A DNA stretch of 62,265 nucleotides, filler included, from 20 parts of 20 records of this genome joined end to end with filler, not necessarily neighbours in it, one strand, 5' to 3'; positions 1 through 13,514 are shown, counted from the first letter of the whole stretch. Notes: generated by a model not told the origin, from the letters alone. Program-made: numbers and translations.

Positions 1-3000
1 TGCCTTTGTGTAGGATTTCCACCACTCCCATTTGCCATGTCAGTCTGTTTCTATCATTTGCAACTAGCACAACTTCACCCTTCTGTAAAGGGTTCGGGGA
101 ATTTCGCCAAACTTCACCATGCGTTCCTAAAACCTGATATAAATAGTCTCGCACCCACAGATCTTTGAGGCTACTCAACCATTCTTTCCGTTTGTTGAAC
201 TCGTCGGTGATTTTAACCCTCCGATCCTCTTCCCGTTGTGATTCCATAGGTCCTGCAGTGAATCCTTTGCCCATCAACAGGAAATCCTCAGGTGTGAGAG
301 GTAAGGGTAATCCTTCCGGATCGGCACTTTCCCACTGGTATGTGATCGGTCGCTTGTTCACAACTGATTCCACTTCTGCTAGAGCTGTTTCCGTCTGTTC
401 CCAGGTAAGCAGACTTTTCCCTAGTGTCCTTTTTAGGAGTCCCTTTACGGTCTGAATTAACCGTTCCCAGATTCCTCCCCACCATGGGGCACGTTCTACA
501 ATGAACTCCCAGTTGATGTCTAGTCCACAACGTCTGATTCTTTTCGCTAGAGCAACAAAGTTTCCCCCATGATCACTTACGATCTTCTTTGGGTGACCTC
601 TTCTAGCCATGAATCTCTGTAAAGATGCCATGAGGATTTCTTCAGACAATCCGGAGACCAACTCTAAGTGAACTGCGCGGATTGAGAAACATGTGTAGAG
701 TACGAACCACACCTTGGACATATCTTTCAAGTATAGTGGCCCTCCTAGGTCCACTCCTGTCGTTTGGAATGCTGGTGTGAACGTTATTCTATCTTTGGGA
801 AATGGCGGTGTCTGTTCTGATGCTGAAACGGCCATAAATCTTCGGCATCTTCTACAGCTTCGGATGATTGAAGACACTGACTTCTTCGCTCTCACTATCC
901 AATATCCTTTATTCCGTAGCTCTTGTAGTACAGTAGATACTCCTCCATGAGATAGTCCTTCATGCACATACATTATAAATTGGTCGACTATTCCACATCG
1001 ATTCAGAATTATTGGATGCAGTATCCTTTCTGATACATTCAGCTGCTGGAGTCTACCTCCTACTACGATTTGCCCACCGTTATTTAACTGTGGTTGCAAA
1101 CCGGCAATTGAAGACTTTCTTGATATGGGAATATTTCTAGTAAGTGCCTTTAATTCATCTGGATGATTATGCTCTTGGACCAATTTAAATAGCTTTAGTC
1201 TTGCTGTCTCTTCTTCCGCAGGTGTAATGTCTCCCTTGTATTTGTTCTTCCACCGAAGAATCCAACAAATACGTCGTAACGTAATCATCCATCGTGACGA
1301 TCTTTGAGGATTGATGAGCTCGTCCGATATTGGCTTGCACTGATGCATCATACATGCCATTGTACTTGTCGGCGACTCGACTTCTGGTTTTTCAACCCCT
1401 ATTGGTGATTGAAACCCTTCTTGTTGCTGGCCTATAAGACCCTCGAGTGTTGCATGGGGTAGCAATTTAGTCTCAGGAGAGCGCGGCCAATCCTGTTCAG
1501 TTCCACACAACCACGATGGTCCATTCCACCACAACTGGCAATCTTGCAAATCTTTCGCATGTCTGCCTCGTGTTGGTATGTCTGCTGGATTTTCGGCGGT
1601 AGGTATCCATGACCAATTAGACGTGATCCCCAGGATCTCCTCCACTCTATTGGAAACAAAAATACCGTCCACTCCTGGACCTTGCTCAATCCATCCTAAT
1701 ACTGTCATCGAATCAATCCACATGTATATCTCTTCAATTACAATTGTGTCTGCCAACTCCTCCATAATGGATTTTGAGAGTCGTGCACCTATCAATGCAC
1801 CCATGAGTTCCAATCTGGGAATGGACATTTTCTTCATTGGACATAATCTACTTTTAGAAGTCAACAAAGATACGTGTGTGTTCTCTTCGGTCTGCACTCT
1901 CAAATAGGCTACTGCTGCATAGAGTCTTTCAGAGGCGTCTGTGAATACATGCAGTGTGTTCGATGTACCTTCTCCACTCATTTGAGTATGTGTCCAGCGG
2001 TTAATGCTAAGAGCTCTTCCCTCGTTGATATTTTCTAGTATGTCCTCTAGTGCCTTAACTTTGTCTGTAGGCATATGGTCGTCCCACCCAATATCTGCTA
2101 TCCAAAGATCCTGTACAAATATCTTTAGTGGTGCAATAATAGGACTGACCAAACCTAACGGATCATACACTTTGGCCAGCAATGATACTGCTTCTCTTTT
2201 AGTTTTCGTCTTGGATTCGAGTTCCATATTGGCCAATGGCAACAACTTGTCGCAGTCCATGTCCCATGTGATACCTAACACCTTGGTCTGACTTCCAGTA
2301 GCCTCACCAAAAGTGTCTTGTATGTATCGTGAGTTAGACTTTATCTTCCGCATGTTGAAACCTGCTTTCGCCAATAGACTTATGGATTGTTTACAGAAGA
2401 ATTCTGCCATCTCCACATTGTCAAAAGAATTCACCAAATCATCCACATAGATGTTCCTCAACATTTTCTTAGCCGACTGACCCAGCTCTTTTTCCAAGTG
2501 AATCTTGAGAGTGACTAACAGCATATATGGCGACGGTTTAGCTCCAAATATCACTCTAGTCAGACGATAAATCTTGATCTTGCCATCTGGATCCTTCCAC
2601 AAGAAACAGCAGGCATTCCTATCCTCCTCCCTTAGGAAGATTTGTAGAAATGCTTTCTCCAAGTCTCCTAACAGTACTATGAAACCAAGGCGAAATCTTA
2701 ATATGATTCCCCAAGACAATGGCAGTATGTTTGGCCCATTCTCAAGACAGTCGTTGAGAGAATAGCCTCCTTTGGATTTTGCAGCTGCGTCCATTACAAC
2801 TCTCAATTTAGTTGTGTCAGATGTCAGTTTTACAATTCCTCTGTGAGGCAAGTATGATATTGGCTGCGCATCTAAAGGTAGCTCTTCAATGAATCCGTCT
2901 CTTATCTGGGACTGTATATAGTTGTTGTAAGCTTCATATTCCTCCTTGGTTTGTTTGGCTAACAACTTTTCGAGTCGCACTTCACTGACTTCTTTGTTCA

Positions 3001-3253
3001 GCGCAAGTCGTTTTTTCATATTTGGCTTCCATGGCCAACCCATGACGTAATGACCATCTTTAGTTTGAGAGACAGTTTTCCGGATTTCTTGCTCAATGTC
3101 ATTGTCAACTAGCTCTTTTTCAGTAATTCCCAGATGTTCGAGACTCCAGAATTCTCTGACTCGTTCTTCTATTGATAAGAAACATTTCACGTACCCAACT
3201 GTCTGTATACTTTGGAGAGATTCCGCACCACCATGAATGATCCATCCAAATAT
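1..3253 (-). mobile_element. pol: BEL/Pao LTR retrotransposon pol fragment (end of protease region, RT, RNase H, integrase), open at both ends
   Basis: Not in the ORF track, consistent with a frame that runs off the window without a stop. Spot translation of the minus strand from 3253 gives IFGWIIHGG, FWSLEHLGI, YLPHRGI, CLENGPN, GDLEKAFLQI, YVDD, YDPLG, HVFTDASE, IPRLELMGA, NPADIPTRG, SDHGGNF and PWWGGIWER, which are typical BEL/Pao pol motifs. Confidence 0.92.
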
Positions 3254-3255
3254 GG

Positions 3256-3355
3256 NNNNNNNNNNNNNNNNNNNNNNNNNNNNNNNNNNNNNNNNNNNNT
3301 TAATTAATTAANNNNNNNNNNNNNNNNNNNNNNNNNNNNNNNNNNNNNNNNNNNN
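3256..3355. other. Artificial linker N44-TTAATTAATTAA-N44 (first of 19)
   Basis: The same 100-nt spacer starts at 3256, 6737, 10908, 16888, 20327, 23250, 26579, 29373, 31794, 34869, 37969, 40519, 43828, 46122, 49059, 51793, 54286, 56431 and 59731. TTAATTAATTAA places stops in all six frames. Confidence 0.99.
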
Positions 3356-3356
3356 C

Positions 3357-6300
3357 TTGAAGAGTAAATGTCCCACTATTATTGCAATGCAAGAAGTCCA
3401 CCTTTTATCCAAATATGAGGAAAATTTGCTCTTCAAGCACTGGAACAGGGATTTTGCTTTTTTCAGCAATGTAGATGAAAATCCAACTCAGTCAGCAGGT
3501 GTAGCAGTAATATTTAATCCATCTAACTGCGACTTGGAAATTATAAGTGAAGAGCATATAGTCAATGGCAGATGCCTCTTGGTAACATTCAAATTAAACA
3601 AAACCGTGTACACTATTATAAACATCTACGCACCCAACCACCAAAATGACAGACAATCATTTTATACACACATTGCAAGCAAACTATCAGAACATGGCAA
3701 GATCCAAGGCATGCCAATTGTTGTTGGCGACTTTAACATGGTAGAAGCGGAACAGGATAGCAAGGCAATTAACAATAACTACAGTACAGCAGGAGCAAAC
3801 GAGTTCAAACAGTTGAAAGAAACTCTCCAGCTATATGATGTTTTCCGAGCCCTAAACCCACACAAGCAGGAATTCACATGGAGAGACACCAGGGGAAGGG
3901 CTTCTAGATTAGATAGAATTTATGTAGACAAGTGCCTTCTCAGGTTTGTGATAAGCTTTGCTCGAAGCCCTACAGCCTTAAGCGATCACGACTGTTGCAT
4001 TATTCGGTTCAACGACACTTTCTTTGAAGGGCATCAGAAAAGCATTTGGAAATGCAACACGTCAGTACTACGCCACCCCGAGCTGAAACAACGGATTCAA
4101 AATTGTATTACTAAATGGAGGGAGAAAAAAGCCGAAACCAACGATCCATTGCGATGGTGGGATACCCTTAAAATAAGAATAAAGAAAATTATCATCAAAT
4201 ATTGCATTGAAAAGGCCAAAGAAAGCAATGAACACGCAATTGATTTAGAAGCACAACTAAAACAGCAAACAGATGAACTGGATATAAATTACAGTACTCA
4301 ACTTCAAACAGAAATCAACAACATCAAAGTACAAATCAACGAGATAACAGATAAAAAGTTACATGGTAACAAGATTAGGGCTAAAGCTGCTTATGTGGAG
4401 GACGGCGAGACATCGGCGCAGTATTTCTCAAAACTAGAGAGGAAGAAACAACTTAAAAAATACATTCACGCAGTTTACAACGCAGAAGATGTTCTCGTAG
4501 AATCGCCAAAAGAAGTGGAAGATGCAGTGTACGCATTTTACCAGAAACTTTACAGAAGTGAACAAACGGATGCTGATGTGCAGGATAACTTCCTAGGCAC
4601 TATAAGAAATAAGCTATCAGAAACAGACAGGGAATTATGTGAAGGATACCTAAGAAAAGAAGAGTTATATACCTCATTGAAGGCGATGTCAAATGGTAAA
4701 TCTCCAGGAGAGGATGGATTGCCTAAGGAAGTATACATGGAATACTGGGCATGGTTGGGCGACGACCTAACGGAGATGTTGAATAACGCTTTTCTCATGG
4801 GAAAACTTCCAGATTCACTACTAATGGCTATCCTAACACTACTCTACAAAAAAGGCGATCACAGAATCATAGGGAATTACAGACCCATATCATTACTTAA
4901 CACTGATTATAAGATACTCACCAAAACTCTGGCAAACAGACTACGACAGGTAATTCAAAGTTTGATACACCATAACCAGACGTGTGGAATTCCAGACAGA
5001 AATATCAATCACAACCTCTGGCTAATCCAAGGCATAGTGGAGCACTGCGAGGAGAGTGATACTGGATCAGCCATCGTCTGCATTGACAATGAAAAGGCCT
5101 TTGACAGGGTTGAACACTCCTGGCTGAGAAGAGTGTTGCGCAGGTATGGCTTTGGAGAAATGTTTCTGCAATGGATTGATATCATCTATTCCAACATGCA
5201 ATCAAAAATTCTCATCAATGGAAATATATCGAAGACACTAACTGTGGAGCGTTCTCTCAGACAGGGATGTTCACTCTCGATGATGCTCTACATATTAGCA
5301 GCAGAACCCCTTGACAATACAATCAGAGATGATAAAAACATCAGAGGGATTATTCTACCAAATGAGCAAGAAGTTAAGATCTCCTGTTATGCAGACGACA
5401 AAACGGCGCTAATATCGGATAAAAGATCACTCCATGCCTTGACAGATCACTTGCAAAAATTTCAGATGGCATCAGGAGCAAAACAGAACCAGGATAAAAC
5501 GGAAATGCTACTGATGGGATCATGGAGAAACAACGACTTGGAATTCCCTGAGGATTTTGTAAGAGAGAAAGTCAAGGTATTGGGAGTGGTCTTCGGCAAC
5601 TGTAACAATGAACGAGAAAATTGGAACCCGATCGTGGAAAAGATCACCAAAACAGTCAATAGCTGGTCCAACAGAGATCTTTCATTTGACGGTAGGAAAA
5701 CGCTATTGAATGTGTACGCACTCAGCAAGGTCTGGTATATGGCAAGGGTCTTCCAACCTACTGAGCGAACCATCAAAGCTCTTAACACAGTGTACTTCAA
5801 ATTCCAGTGGAAGATTCCTGTTGAACCAGTGAGTAGAGCTGTCCTGTACTTACCTAAGAGACTAGGAGGACAAGACGTTATCAACATCAGAGCGCGATGT
5901 AATGCACTACTAGTGCAAAGAGTGAGTGCTATGTTGAAGTCGACACTGGAGTGGAGAAGCTATGCAGTATACCAAATAGGCATATCGCTTAGAAACGTAG
6001 AACCTAGTTTCTCTACCAATGCACTGAGACACGTTGATATCCCTTACGGAATCCACCGGGAAATTCTGACAACCGTCAGGCAACTTCATCTAATACGGCC
6101 CGATATGAACTGGAGAACATCAAAGCTCAAAGACATATACAATATTCTCAACGTGTCCAATATCAGACCAGATGTCATGAGAAGACTCAACAACATCGAA
6201 TGGCCCGATGTGTGGGAGAGTGTCCACTGCAAATTTGTGGAAGCTAAGCAAAGAGCACTTTCCTACCTGATTGCACTCAACCGACTCAACACTGGAGACA

Positions 6301-6736
6301 GGCGTGAACGTCATGGAATAAGAAGAAATATGCACGGACAACGATATGACAACCGATGTAGATTTTGCGAGGGACATATCGAAACCGTCCAACATGTCTT
6401 TGTATACTGCTCAGTGCTGAATGGAATAAGGGAGGTGCTGCAGACGAATTTGAACACAGTGAGTGGGTCCCACGTAGCAGTTGATGAGCACTTGATTGTA
6501 TACCAACTAGTTCCTGCCAACCCACAAAAATCGCAGGTAAACGTTCAAAGGTACCTTATAGCTGCGTACAAAGAAGTTATATGGAACTTTAGGAACAAGC
6601 TGGAAAAAAGAGAAATTGGGGCAAGAAATATTAACAACGTGGTGCGGGAAGAACTAACAAAGAGAATCAAGGCTCGGATAGAAGTTGATAAAGCAAGAAT
6701 GAATGGGTTCACCTTCCAAAGAACGTGGATGCATTT
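3357..6736 (+). CDS. Non-LTR retrotransposon ORF2, Tx1/L1-like (APE endonuclease, RT, C-terminal CCHC zinc finger); truncated at both ends
   Basis: APE motifs MQEVH, NIYAPN, GDFN, SRLDRIY and SDH. RT motifs KSPGEDG, NYRPISLLNTDYK, DNEKAFDRV, RQGCSLS and YADD. Zinc finger CRFC...ETVQHVFVYC. Confidence 0.95.
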
Positions 6737-6837
6737 NNNNNNNNNNNNNNNNNNNNNNNNNNNNNNNNNNNNNNNNNNNNTTAATTAATTAANNNNNNNN
6801 NNNNNNNNNNNNNNNNNNNNNNNNNNNNNNNNNNNNT

Positions 6838-7668
6838 ACGCCTGCTACGGGAATAAATACGACGCCCATAAGCCTGAAAAGCAAATATCTTCGACAGGCT
6901 AAGAAAGTGCGTAAAATGATAAACAGTGCATCAAGCACAGATAGCCAGCATTCAGTTGAGATGGCAGAAACATCAAGTAGCGAAATTTTAGACATGCATG
7001 ACGTCGTGATAGATCATGAAGCAATGCACCCAGAAAATAACATTGACATGGGTGTACAAGAAAGTGCAAAAAGGCAAAAGGAGTTTAGTCAACCAAATGC
7101 AGGTGAAAAGACGACCGGCGCATGTAGTCTTACACCGGACACACAACAGAATGGAGATAGTAAGGATACATTGGAGGGAAAAGAACACATCGTGCGTCAG
7201 GACACTCCCTGTGGGGAAACTGCATATGCTGGATCCAGTCCGGCAGCCAGTACAAACATCGATGCAGATCGTGAGATATTTTCGACGCCGTCTGCCACTG
7301 TAGACAATACTTTGGAAAACGCGGAGGAAGCGGACACGGTCAGTACGCAAGATATCATTCTATCGACGGATGAACTAAGTAGATCCGAACAGCCACTGAC
7401 AAATGAGAGTTTGAGACTGCTTTTGCAGGCTACAAAATGCAAAAGACAAAATGAATGTCTCCGAATAGCTACATCGTATACTAAAGATATCACCGGCCTA
7501 CTTGATCAACTGGAACTGTTTGAAAGCCATGGGGGAATAAAGTTACTTTCGGCCACGATAAACTCACCAAAATACAATGCGATCAAAAAAACAAGGATGC
7601 AAATGAGTAGCTTGAAAAAGCGTCTTAAAGAGGCCCTTCACTCGGAAAACGCTGTGCTGGGCAACTGA
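6838..7668 (+). CDS. C-terminal part of Tx1-like ORF1 (5' truncated)
   Basis: The frame is open from the fragment edge and lies directly upstream of an APE-RT ORF. It shares KYLRQAKK.RKMI, DTVSTQDI.LSTD and TKCKRQNECLRIAT with the ORF1 at 38277-40518. Confidence 0.85.
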   Translation, partial: TPATGINTTPISLKSKYLRQAKKVRKMINSASSTDSQHSVEMAETSSSEILDMHDVVIDHEAMHPENNIDMGVQESAKRQKEFSQPNAGEKTTGACSLTPDTQQNGDSKDTLEGKEHIVRQDTPCGETAYAGSSPAASTNIDADREIFSTPSATVDNTLENAEEADTVSTQDIILSTDELSRSEQPLTNESLRLLLQATKCKRQNECLRIATSYTKDITGLLDQLELFESHGGIKLLSATINSPKYNAIKKTRMQMSSLKKRLKEALHSENAVLGN

Positions 7669-7746
7669 TATAGACCAGTTCACTATAAACCTTTCCTGGG
7701 TATTCAATGGCAGCTGCACCACAAACCTTAATCTACAAACTCAATC

Positions 7747-10700
7747 ATGTGGACTGCCTCAAGCATTAACATACGTGGAATCAACAGCAAAGTCAAAGCT
7801 CAGCAATTTCTATGTTACGCTGATATACACAAACCCGACCTCATATTCATACAGGAAACTAATATTGATAATGCATCGTATGACAAGTTTTTCTGGAATG
7901 GCCAAGTGTACACGGCTCAGTTTTTTTCACTACCTCATCGTTTTGCCGGCGTTGGCTATGCAATTCGAAACAGTAGTAACATAAACATATTATCTCATGA
8001 TGAACTAATACCAGGCTACCTCCTTCATGTCAAATTTGAAAAAAGTAACGAAACATACGACGCCTTTAATATACTCATTCCTCAACGAGATGATGAAGCA
8101 CTGCAAGTCATCAATGTACTGAACCAAACCTTAGAGGATATAGATAATGAAAATATATTACTGATGGGAGACTGGAATGTCACTTTAAATCCTACCCTAG
8201 ATAGACACAACAATTGCAATGAGCGCCGAAAATCACTGAAAGATGCGCTGCAGACATTGGCGGCAGAGTTTGGCCTAATAGACATTTGGAGGACAATGCA
8301 CAGACACGTCAAACAATACACTTGGACCGCCTCCAGAAGGGACCAAATACAACAGGCTAGACTTGATAGAATATATGTTACTAGGCAGCTGCGGCAACAG
8401 ATTGTTAAATCATCTATTGACGCATGTACACTATCTGATCACAATTCAGTCTCAATAACATTCCACAACAATCTTCAGAAACATGGAAAGCAATCTTGGA
8501 AATTTAACAATAGCTTGCTAGAGAACAACACGTACTGTCAAATAGTAAATGCTTTTACCCAGGAATGGGACCTTCAAAAAGTAAACTACTCAGATTCTAT
8601 TGATAAATGGTGGGATTCCTATAAGACGCAAATAAAAGCGCTATCGATTAAATTCGGTGTTGATAAAGCAAGGGAGGAAAGAGAGGAGTTGCGAAACCTA
8701 CAAGATGAGGTTAACTCAGACCAGGCTACGGGGAGCACACCAGAGGAATTAAATGAAAAGAAAACAATCCTAAACAATCTTCTCAAGAAGAAGGCATGTG
8801 GTGCAATCACCAGGAGCAAATATAAAGATATTTATGAATCTGATGGCCCCACAAAATACTTCTTTAATATTGGTAAAGAAAAAGCAGCATCAAACAGTAT
8901 AAAATCTTTAAGATTATCCGACACTCATGTCACTGACAATCCAGATGAAATACGGCAGGCCGTAATAAACTTTTATTCCAATCTCTACTCAGATGAGGAA
9001 GTCTCTGAGGAAGCCATAAACGAAATATTACAGGATTTGCCAAGCATAACAGAAGAGGAGCGGGATAGGTTAGAGCAACCTTTCACAAAACATGAGCTAG
9101 ACAAAGCATTAAAAAGTTTTAAGAAAGGTAAAAGTCCTGGCTTAGATGGTTTGACAGTTGAGTGGTATGGCGCCTTCTGGGGTGCTGTAGCAAACAACAT
9201 ACTTGAGCTCTTTCTGTTTATGATAAATAACGAAAAACTGCCGATTTCATTACGAATAGCTATAATTTGCCTGATTTTGAAAAAAATGTGTGACCATACA
9301 GAGTTGAAAAATTATAGGCCTATATCTCTTTTAAATACCGATTACAAAATCTTCACACGTGTGCTTGCCAACAGGTTAAAACCAGTCATGGGCGGTATTG
9401 TACATCAGGACCAAACGTGCTGTATACAAGATAGGAAAATACACGATAATATTAATTTGCTAAGAGATATTATTTTTTACTCGAATAAAACTGATCTGGA
9501 GCTCCTTCTCCTGTCAATAGATCAACAAAAAGCTTTCGACCGTGTAAATCATAAATACATGATTAGAACTTTGGAGAAGTTTGGGTTTGGACCATATTTC
9601 ATAAAATGTATAAAGTTACTATATAATGGCACCCTAAGCTACATTAAGCTTCACGAAGGACTAGTTGGTCCAGTGCGCTTTAATAGAGGGATCAGGCAAG
9701 GAGATTCGCTAAGTATGTTACTATATGTCATAACGATAGAGCCATATCTCGTATTACTTAGAAGAATTCTGCATAATCATGGACTTCAGATACCAGGAAC
9801 CAACAAAAGAATATGTCTCACAGCATATGCAGATGATATTACCCTTATTTTAGAAACAGACTACGCCTTCGACGCTCTGCTATCAGCCTATTCACTTTAC
9901 TCACTAGCATCCGGTGCATTACTCAACAATAAGAAAACTAAAGGCTTATGGCTCGGACAGTGGAAAGGAAGAGTAGACAAACCAAATGAGTTCAAGTGGA
10001 CGTCAGAAGGAATGGAATTTCTGGGGGTCTACTTGGGAAATTCCCAACAAGCAGAGGCAAACAACTTCGATGAAATGAGCGAGAAAATCGAACAAAAGCT
10101 AACTAAGTGGCTTAACATTGGCAAGCCCTTGTCGTATAGGGGGAGAGCTTTAATTGCCAACTCACTAGCAGCTTCAAAGATATGGCACCGGGCCATTAGC
10201 ATGCCTATTCCAGAACAGTTAATAGCACAGTGGCAAACGCAGATAGTGAAATTTGTCTGGAACGGAAAACATTGGCTTACTCCGGCTACTTTATATCAGA
10301 GGAATGATAATGGTGGGCAGTCCTTGTGCAATATCAAGACGAGAATAGATGCCTTTCGTGTTAGCCATATTAAACGGTTTGTAAACAAATTTGATCACCC
10401 CAGCTATGATATGATGTCATTTTTTCTGCGATGCTATGGAAACCTGAATTATGCTGTAGAAATCTTTAAAACAGAAATCGATTTCACACTGTGTGATCAG
10501 CTTCCGTTGTTTTATAGAGAGTTACTGCGAGCTTGGGTCAATTTGGATCTCAATAGAAATTTCTTCCCAACGAACTACACCGACATGATGGGAGAACCCT
10601 TATTCAATAACAACCTCTTTGTTGACATTAACATGAATCCACTTAGCTGCAGGCAAATGACAAGAAATGGCTTTACAAGGATATATGACATTATGTATCA

Positions 10701-10907
10701 GGATGGCCAACGGTTAAAGAGGGCTGATGAGCTTGTGGATATAACCCAGCCACCATTTATCCAAAGGCAAACAAAAATCGAATATGGGAATATATTAAGG
10801 AGTATACAACAAAGCCTGCAGCGGAATAGAGAAAGGAATATCACTCGGCCTGTCGACGAGGCAAGAAGTACATGTGATGAGTTTGTAAATGAACAAAGCA
10901 GCGTAAC
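7747..10907 (+). CDS. Non-LTR retrotransposon ORF2, Tx1/L1-like (APE + RT), 3' truncated
   Basis: SINIRG, IQET, GDWN, ARLDRIY, SDH, KSPGLDG, NYRPISLLNTDYK, DQQKAFDRV, RQGDSLS, YADD. Confidence 0.95.
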
Positions 10908-11168
10908 NNNNNNNNNNNNNNNNNNNNNNNNNNNNNNNNNNNNNNNNNNNNTTAATTAATTAANNNNNNNNNNNNNNNNNNNNNNNNNNNNNNNNNNNNN
11001 NNNNNNNAAACTATTGTGACCCATACTAGTCTGTTCACTGCATGGTGTTTGGTTGACTAACTATATCTTCTTGAGAAAAAGCTTAGTAAGTATTTTTTAT
11101 TATATATAATATCACTGAGCACTCTGTTGATAAATATTACACAATTTCAGCCGTATATTTATTACATT

Positions 11169-13514
11169 ATGGGTAAAGGTAAGCCAAACTATTATTATGT
11201 GACAAAGGGACGAGAACTTGGAATTTTTTTGAATAGTGAGTGGCAACGAGTAGTGTGTAGTGTACAACACACAGACAATTGTTACCAAGGTATGGATACC
11301 ATTGCAGAGTGTGTTCAAATTCTGTTGAATGCAGGAATAAACCCGCTGCAATGCTACCACCATGTAGATATAAGACATGATATTGAATCATGCCTGAACA
11401 CTAACACTCGGCCAAGTAGGAAGCGATCACACACCCAGCGATATAAAGATTTTCTGACTGAGACATGCCACTCAGATGTTGATAACAGTCCAATAGAAGA
11501 AGTCATCACTGAAGTGCTGGATAGTAATTCCAATGCACCAGAAATAGCCAATGATAGCAGCCCAATAAAGGAAAACATAGCCCAAGATGAGGAAGACATA
11601 GCACAAGATGACAATGAAAAATATACATACGTTAAAGAAACGGAAAATGAAAACAACGAGTTTGAAATGGGTGATGCTAAAAGTTTCATCGAAGGTTTAT
11701 TGGAAGCTTGTTACCCTGAACAAGTACTTGCTGAAATCTCAGCACACTCCACAACAATGAGGATGCCACTAGCAGAACTGTCTACATACTCTTCGACTGG
11801 TACCTCAACGAGTACGCCCTCTGCTACAACCGCATCTAATATGTTTTCTGAAGGTGACTTCTCAGCAATGGACAACTTTTCACAGCAGGTAAGCCCTAAA
11901 GGTGGCATCCCTGTGATGGACAGCTATTCAGATGATGCAACAAGCCCAAGAAAGAAGGTATCTCCAAATAAGAAACATAATAGCATTGTTATCCCCACCA
12001 TGGAAAAGGATAACATTAGTATTGTATATGTTCCACAGGAAGTAACAACGTACCCTAAACAGATAGCCTCATCAAACGAGCAACTCAACAACATGGCCCA
12101 GGAAGCAACAACATACCATAAACAGCCAACCTCATCAAACGAGCAACTCAATAACTTGACTACTCCTACAGAGAAAACCGACAACAATGTAAATATACCG
12201 CAAGAAATAACGACCCACCTCAAACAAGTAGCCTGTCCAAATGAAGAATCTGCCAGCAACGCTATCTCTACCAGTGGAAACAACAACAATAACAGTAGTA
12301 AATCCCGGGATAAAAAGAAAAAGAAGGATAGTGACACATATGCCGAATGTGCGACTTGCAAAAGACAAGTGGCGGAAATAAAAAAGTTAAAAATAACAGT
12401 CGAATCGCAAAAAACCGAAATCATTTCACAAAGAGAGCTCAACTGCAGGCAAACTCAGGAAATAACTGAGATGAAAGACCGGCAGTACAAAACAGATGAA
12501 AAGTTTGATTCCATTATGGACAAAATCACGACTCTAGAAGAAATGATGCGTTCACTGATATTTTCTACTGCCCCTGGAAGCATTACTACCATACGTAATG
12601 GGAACAAACATACTACAATGCAGACTCCGGCACTCATGGAAAGTCCAACAACAATCACCCAGAACAACCCATATGAGGTCCTTGCGGAAACCAACAACAC
12701 AAACCTTGCACCGGTATCAGATCATGACACCATTGAGCCAGACCTACCAGCTGCAACACATGTGCAACATGAAAAAAATGACAGTGATCTCAGATGTTCT
12801 GACACCATGCCCGATTTGCAAGAAAACACAACACCAGAAGAGAATGGAAATGGAGATTCTCGCAAAGACAAAGTGCCTGAAGATCAAACTACACGTCAAA
12901 ATAAACGATTAAGAGTGAGAGTTTTTGGCAACTCGATTGTACGTGACTTAGGGTTTAAGGCTGATGAAGAAGTTTACCCTACCACATATCCATTCCCTGG
13001 TGCAAAGGCCCAACATATGAATCTAGAAGGATTTGCTGATGACAACGACGAAACTGATGCAGTACTGCTGCAAACTTTTGGAAATAACCTGTCCGGAAAT
13101 GAAAGAAACTCTGTTGAAGAAACTAAGATAATTATAGACACAATGATTGTAGATACCCAAAGGATATTTCCAACAGCAAAGATACTCCTGTGCAGCATCC
13201 CACCAAGATTAAAAAACAGATTTTTCAACAAAGATAGAAAAGAAATCAATAGTTACCTAGACTGCAAAGCGAAAACCAATGACAGGTTGTGCTTTGTAAA
13301 CAATGAACCCCTATTCAGCAAATTTGATGGTGGTCGAGAAACTCCCAAATTTGACGATGATGAATGGATTGATAAAGACATGTACCAGGGAAAGTCAAGA
13401 GTGCACTTGAGTGGAAAAGGTAAGAAGAAACTTTCTGACAACATGCGGACACATGCCATTGAAGTCAGCAATAGGCTAAATTTTCACAATCAACATATAT
13501 ATGCTCACGGGTAA
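11169..13514 (+). CDS. Non-LTR retrotransposon ORF1: RNase H1 hybrid-binding-like N-terminus, low-complexity linker, coiled coil, SGNH esterase-like C-terminus
   Basis: The first ATG is at 11169 (MGKGKPNYYYVTKGRELGIF). A CATC motif precedes a heptad-rich helix. SGNH-like blocks are VRVFGNSIVR, QTFGNN and SRVHLS. The ORF sits immediately upstream of an APE-RT ORF. Confidence 0.8.
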   Translation: MGKGKPNYYYVTKGRELGIFLNSEWQRVVCSVQHTDNCYQGMDTIAECVQILLNAGINPLQCYHHVDIRHDIESCLNTNTRPSRKRSHTQRYKDFLTETCHSDVDNSPIEEVITEVLDSNSNAPEIANDSSPIKENIAQDEEDIAQDDNEKYTYVKETENENNEFEMGDAKSFIEGLLEACYPEQVLAEISAHSTTMRMPLAELSTYSSTGTSTSTPSATTASNMFSEGDFSAMDNFSQQVSPKGGIPVMDSYSDDATSPRKKVSPNKKHNSIVIPTMEKDNISIVYVPQEVTTYPKQIASSNEQLNNMAQEATTYHKQPTSSNEQLNNLTTPTEKTDNNVNIPQEITTHLKQVACPNEESASNAISTSGNNNNNSSKSRDKKKKKDSDTYAECATCKRQVAEIKKLKITVESQKTEIISQRELNCRQTQEITEMKDRQYKTDEKFDSIMDKITTLEEMMRSLIFSTAPGSITTIRNGNKHTTMQTPALMESPTTITQNNPYEVLAETNNTNLAPVSDHDTIEPDLPAATHVQHEKNDSDLRCSDTMPDLQENTTPEENGNGDSRKDKVPEDQTTRQNKRLRVRVFGNSIVRDLGFKADEEVYPTTYPFPGAKAQHMNLEGFADDNDETDAVLLQTFGNNLSGNERNSVEETKIIIDTMIVDTQRIFPTAKILLCSIPPRLKNRFFNKDRKEINSYLDCKAKTNDRLCFVNNEPLFSKFDGGRETPKFDDDEWIDKDMYQGKSRVHLSGKGKKKLSDNMRTHAIEVSNRLNFHNQHIYAHG
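12036..12250 (+). repeat. Coding tandem repeat in ORF1 (63-bp period; two close copies plus a diverged third)
   Basis: QEVTTYPKQIASSNEQLNN at 12036, QEATTYHKQPTSSNEQLNN at 12099 and QEITTHLKQVACPNEE at about 12201. Confidence 0.85.

Noticed and set aside
165-2765. Short ORFs in the first fragment, and the many short antisense or alternate-frame ORFs throughout the track
   Set aside because: They overlap long TE reading frames and have no motifs, so they are shadow ORFs.
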